Source of the DNA: Pristiophorus japonicus
Lineage: Eukaryota
DNA: 64,000 nt
Direction of reading: 5' to 3'
NCBI RefSeq assembly: GCF_044704955.1
Contig: NC_091985.1
Location: 115,320,001 to 115,384,000 of the forward strand
The position numbers were made by a program, and so were the translations under genes. Positions 61,794 through 64,000 of the stretch are shown here, piece after piece. Under the pieces are notes generated by a model. It was given only the letters and a program-made list of their open reading frames with translations. It was not told where the DNA came from and did not search any database. Position 1 is the first letter of the stretch, and the number at the start of each line of letters is the position of its first letter.

Positions 61794-63555
61794 AATCATA
61801 GAATCATAGACATTTACAGCACGGAAGGAGACCATTTCGGCCCATCGTGTCCCTGCCTGCCAACAAAGAGCTATCCAGCCTAATCCCACTTTCCACCTCG
61901 TGGTCCGTAGCCTTGCAGGTTACGGCACTTCAAGTGCATATCCAAGTCCATCTTAAATGTGACGAGGTTTTCTGCCTCTACCATCCTTTCAGGCAGTGAG
62001 TTCCAGATCCCCACCACCCTCTGGGTGAAAACAATTTCCCTCAAATTCCCTCTAAACCTCCTACCAGTTACTTTAAATCAATATCCCCTGGTTGTTGACC
62101 CCTCTGTGAAGGGAACTAGGTCCTTCCTATCCACTCTATCTAAGCCCCTCATAAATTTTTACACCTTAATTAAGTCTCCCCGCAGTCTACTCTGTTCCAA
62201 GGAAAACTACCCAGCCTATCCAATCTTTCATCATGACTAAAATTCTCCAGTCCAGGCAACATCCTTGTACATCTCCTCTATACCCTCTCTGGTGCAATCA
62301 CTTCTTTCTTGTAATGTGGTGACCAGAACTGCATGCAGTACACTAGCTGTGGCCTGACTAATGTTTTATACTGTTCAAGCATAACCACCCTGCTCTTGTA
62401 TTCTATGCCCCTGCTGATAAAGGCAAGTATTCCGTATGCCTTCTGAATCATATTTTCTACCTGTCCTGCTACCTTCAAGGATCTGTGGACATGCACTCCA
62501 AGGTCCCTCTGTTCCTCTACACTTCTTAGTGCCCTACCATTTATTGTGTATTCCCTCGCTTTGTTAGCATCCTCCCCTCACCCCCCCGCCCACATGCATT
62601 ATCTCATACTTCTGTGGATTGAATTCCATTTGCCACTGTTCTGTCCACCTGACCAGTTCATTGATATCTTCCTGCACTCTGCAGCTTTTTTCTTCATTAT
62701 CAACCACATGGCCAATTTTTGTATCATCTGCAAACTTCTTAATCATACCCCCTACATTCAAATCTAAATCATTGATATATACCACAAAAAGCAAGAGCCC
62801 TGCGGAGCTGCACTGCAAACAGCTTATACTTCCTGCCTCTGAGTCCATTGTTATCCAACTTGGCACTTTGCCTTGGATCCCCTAGGCTTTTACTTTTGTG
62901 ACCAGTCTGCCATGTGGGATCATATAAAAAGCCTTGCAAAAATCCATTTTTACTACATCAAATGCACTACCGTCATCGACCCTACTTATTACCTGCTGAA
63001 AAAATTCAATCGTTAGTCTGACATGACCTTCCCCAAACAAATCCATGCTGACTTGTCTTTGATTAATCCGTGTTTTTTTAAATGAAGGTTTATCCTGTCC
63101 CTTAGAATTTTTTCTAAATATTTTCCCACCACCAAGGTTAAGCTTACTGGCCTGTAATTACTTGGTCTATCCCTTTCTCCCTTTGTAAACAATGGTATCA
63201 CGTTAGTAGTCCTGCAGTCCTCCGGCACAACACCTGCAGCCAGAGAGGATTGGAAAATAATGGTTAGAGCCTGTGCTATTTCCTCTCTTGCTTGTCTTAA
63301 TAGCCAGGGAAACATTTCATCCAGGCCTAGGGATTTATCCACTTTCAAATGGGCTACACCTCTTAATACTTCCTCTCTCACAATGTTTAGTTCATCTAAT
63401 ATTTCACACTCTTCCTCCCTGATTACAATGTCTGCATCGCTCCTCTCTTTTGTGAAAACATATGCAAAGTATTCACTAAAAAACATACCCACATCTTCTG
63501 CCTCCACACACAGATTACCTTAATGGTCTTTAATAGGTCCTACTCTTTCTTTAGC
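61794..63555 (-). mobile_element. Old CR1 LINE RT/3' fragment (copy B)
   Basis: Duplicate of 20550-22310. Confidence 0.88.
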
Positions 63556-64000
63556 ACACCGGCTTTTAAATTACTCTATTGTGCACACGCTGAAATATGT
63601 AAGGCAGACAGAATGTGAAGAACCTGCTATATATGTGCAGTTTTCTCTCCCCAAATGAGCAGTGAACGTTCCTGGTTTACTTCCAGTCTCGCCCTGCTTG
63701 CTGTTATTGGACAGTGAGCAGTGGAAACAGATCCAGATAGTAAGGATGTGAGGAGTTATACAAAGACCATTTATTGCAGGTGCCAGGTGATAAGTGTGAA
63801 TGACACATTTTAAACAGAGGCTATTAATTTCAGTTGAACGGTTAGTCTCATGGGAGTGGAAAATAGAAATCAGATCAGTGCAAATATCCCTACTCCATGG
63901 GATAGTCCCATTCATTGAGCAGTGCAGAGGCTGGATTGTGTCTGAATGTTCCTAAATTGCTGTAAGTCTGTCCAACACACCTGATATGCAGAGGCTCAAT

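Larger units (their letters stand above)
59548..64000 (+). repeat. Segmental duplication copy B (matches 18340-22755; runs off window end)
   Basis: Near-identical and colinear with copy A. The ORF track repeats at an offset of ~41,214-41,245. Confidence 0.95.

Overview
Eukaryotic, repeat-dense vertebrate DNA, most likely a shark or other cartilaginous fish (inferred from the CR1, Deu-domain SINE, Penelope and Harbinger families and the MTDTAAAETAPP-type H1). No prokaryotic features. Host genes form a small replication-dependent histone cluster: an H2A pseudogene (55228-55558), H3 carrying V89I and A95S, H4 carrying S1T, and two near-identical divergent H1 genes (19111-19791, 60325-61035) whose tails hold a 30-bp coding VNTR. 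No H2B is present. The H1 genes lie in a >=4.4 kb block duplicated about 41.2 kb apart, and the first copy abuts a 200-N gap. The rest is nested CR1 LINEs, RTE LINEs, an internally deleted Gypsy LTR element, two TIR-bounded Harbinger derivatives, SINEs and a 5.3 kb CT-rich tract. Two features stand out. (1) A ~370 bp mosaic of U2 and U1 snRNA pieces with a unique A/T-rich tail is inserted in a CR1 (5088-5459), a candidate snRNA-derived SINE (SINEU-like). (2) A decayed endogenous retrovirus (~45.4-52.7 kb) has a foamy-like RT, a two-knuckle Gag and an env with ~440 codons after the furin site, an F-glycoprotein-like layout. Family names come from motif recognition, not database searches, and most boundaries are approximate.
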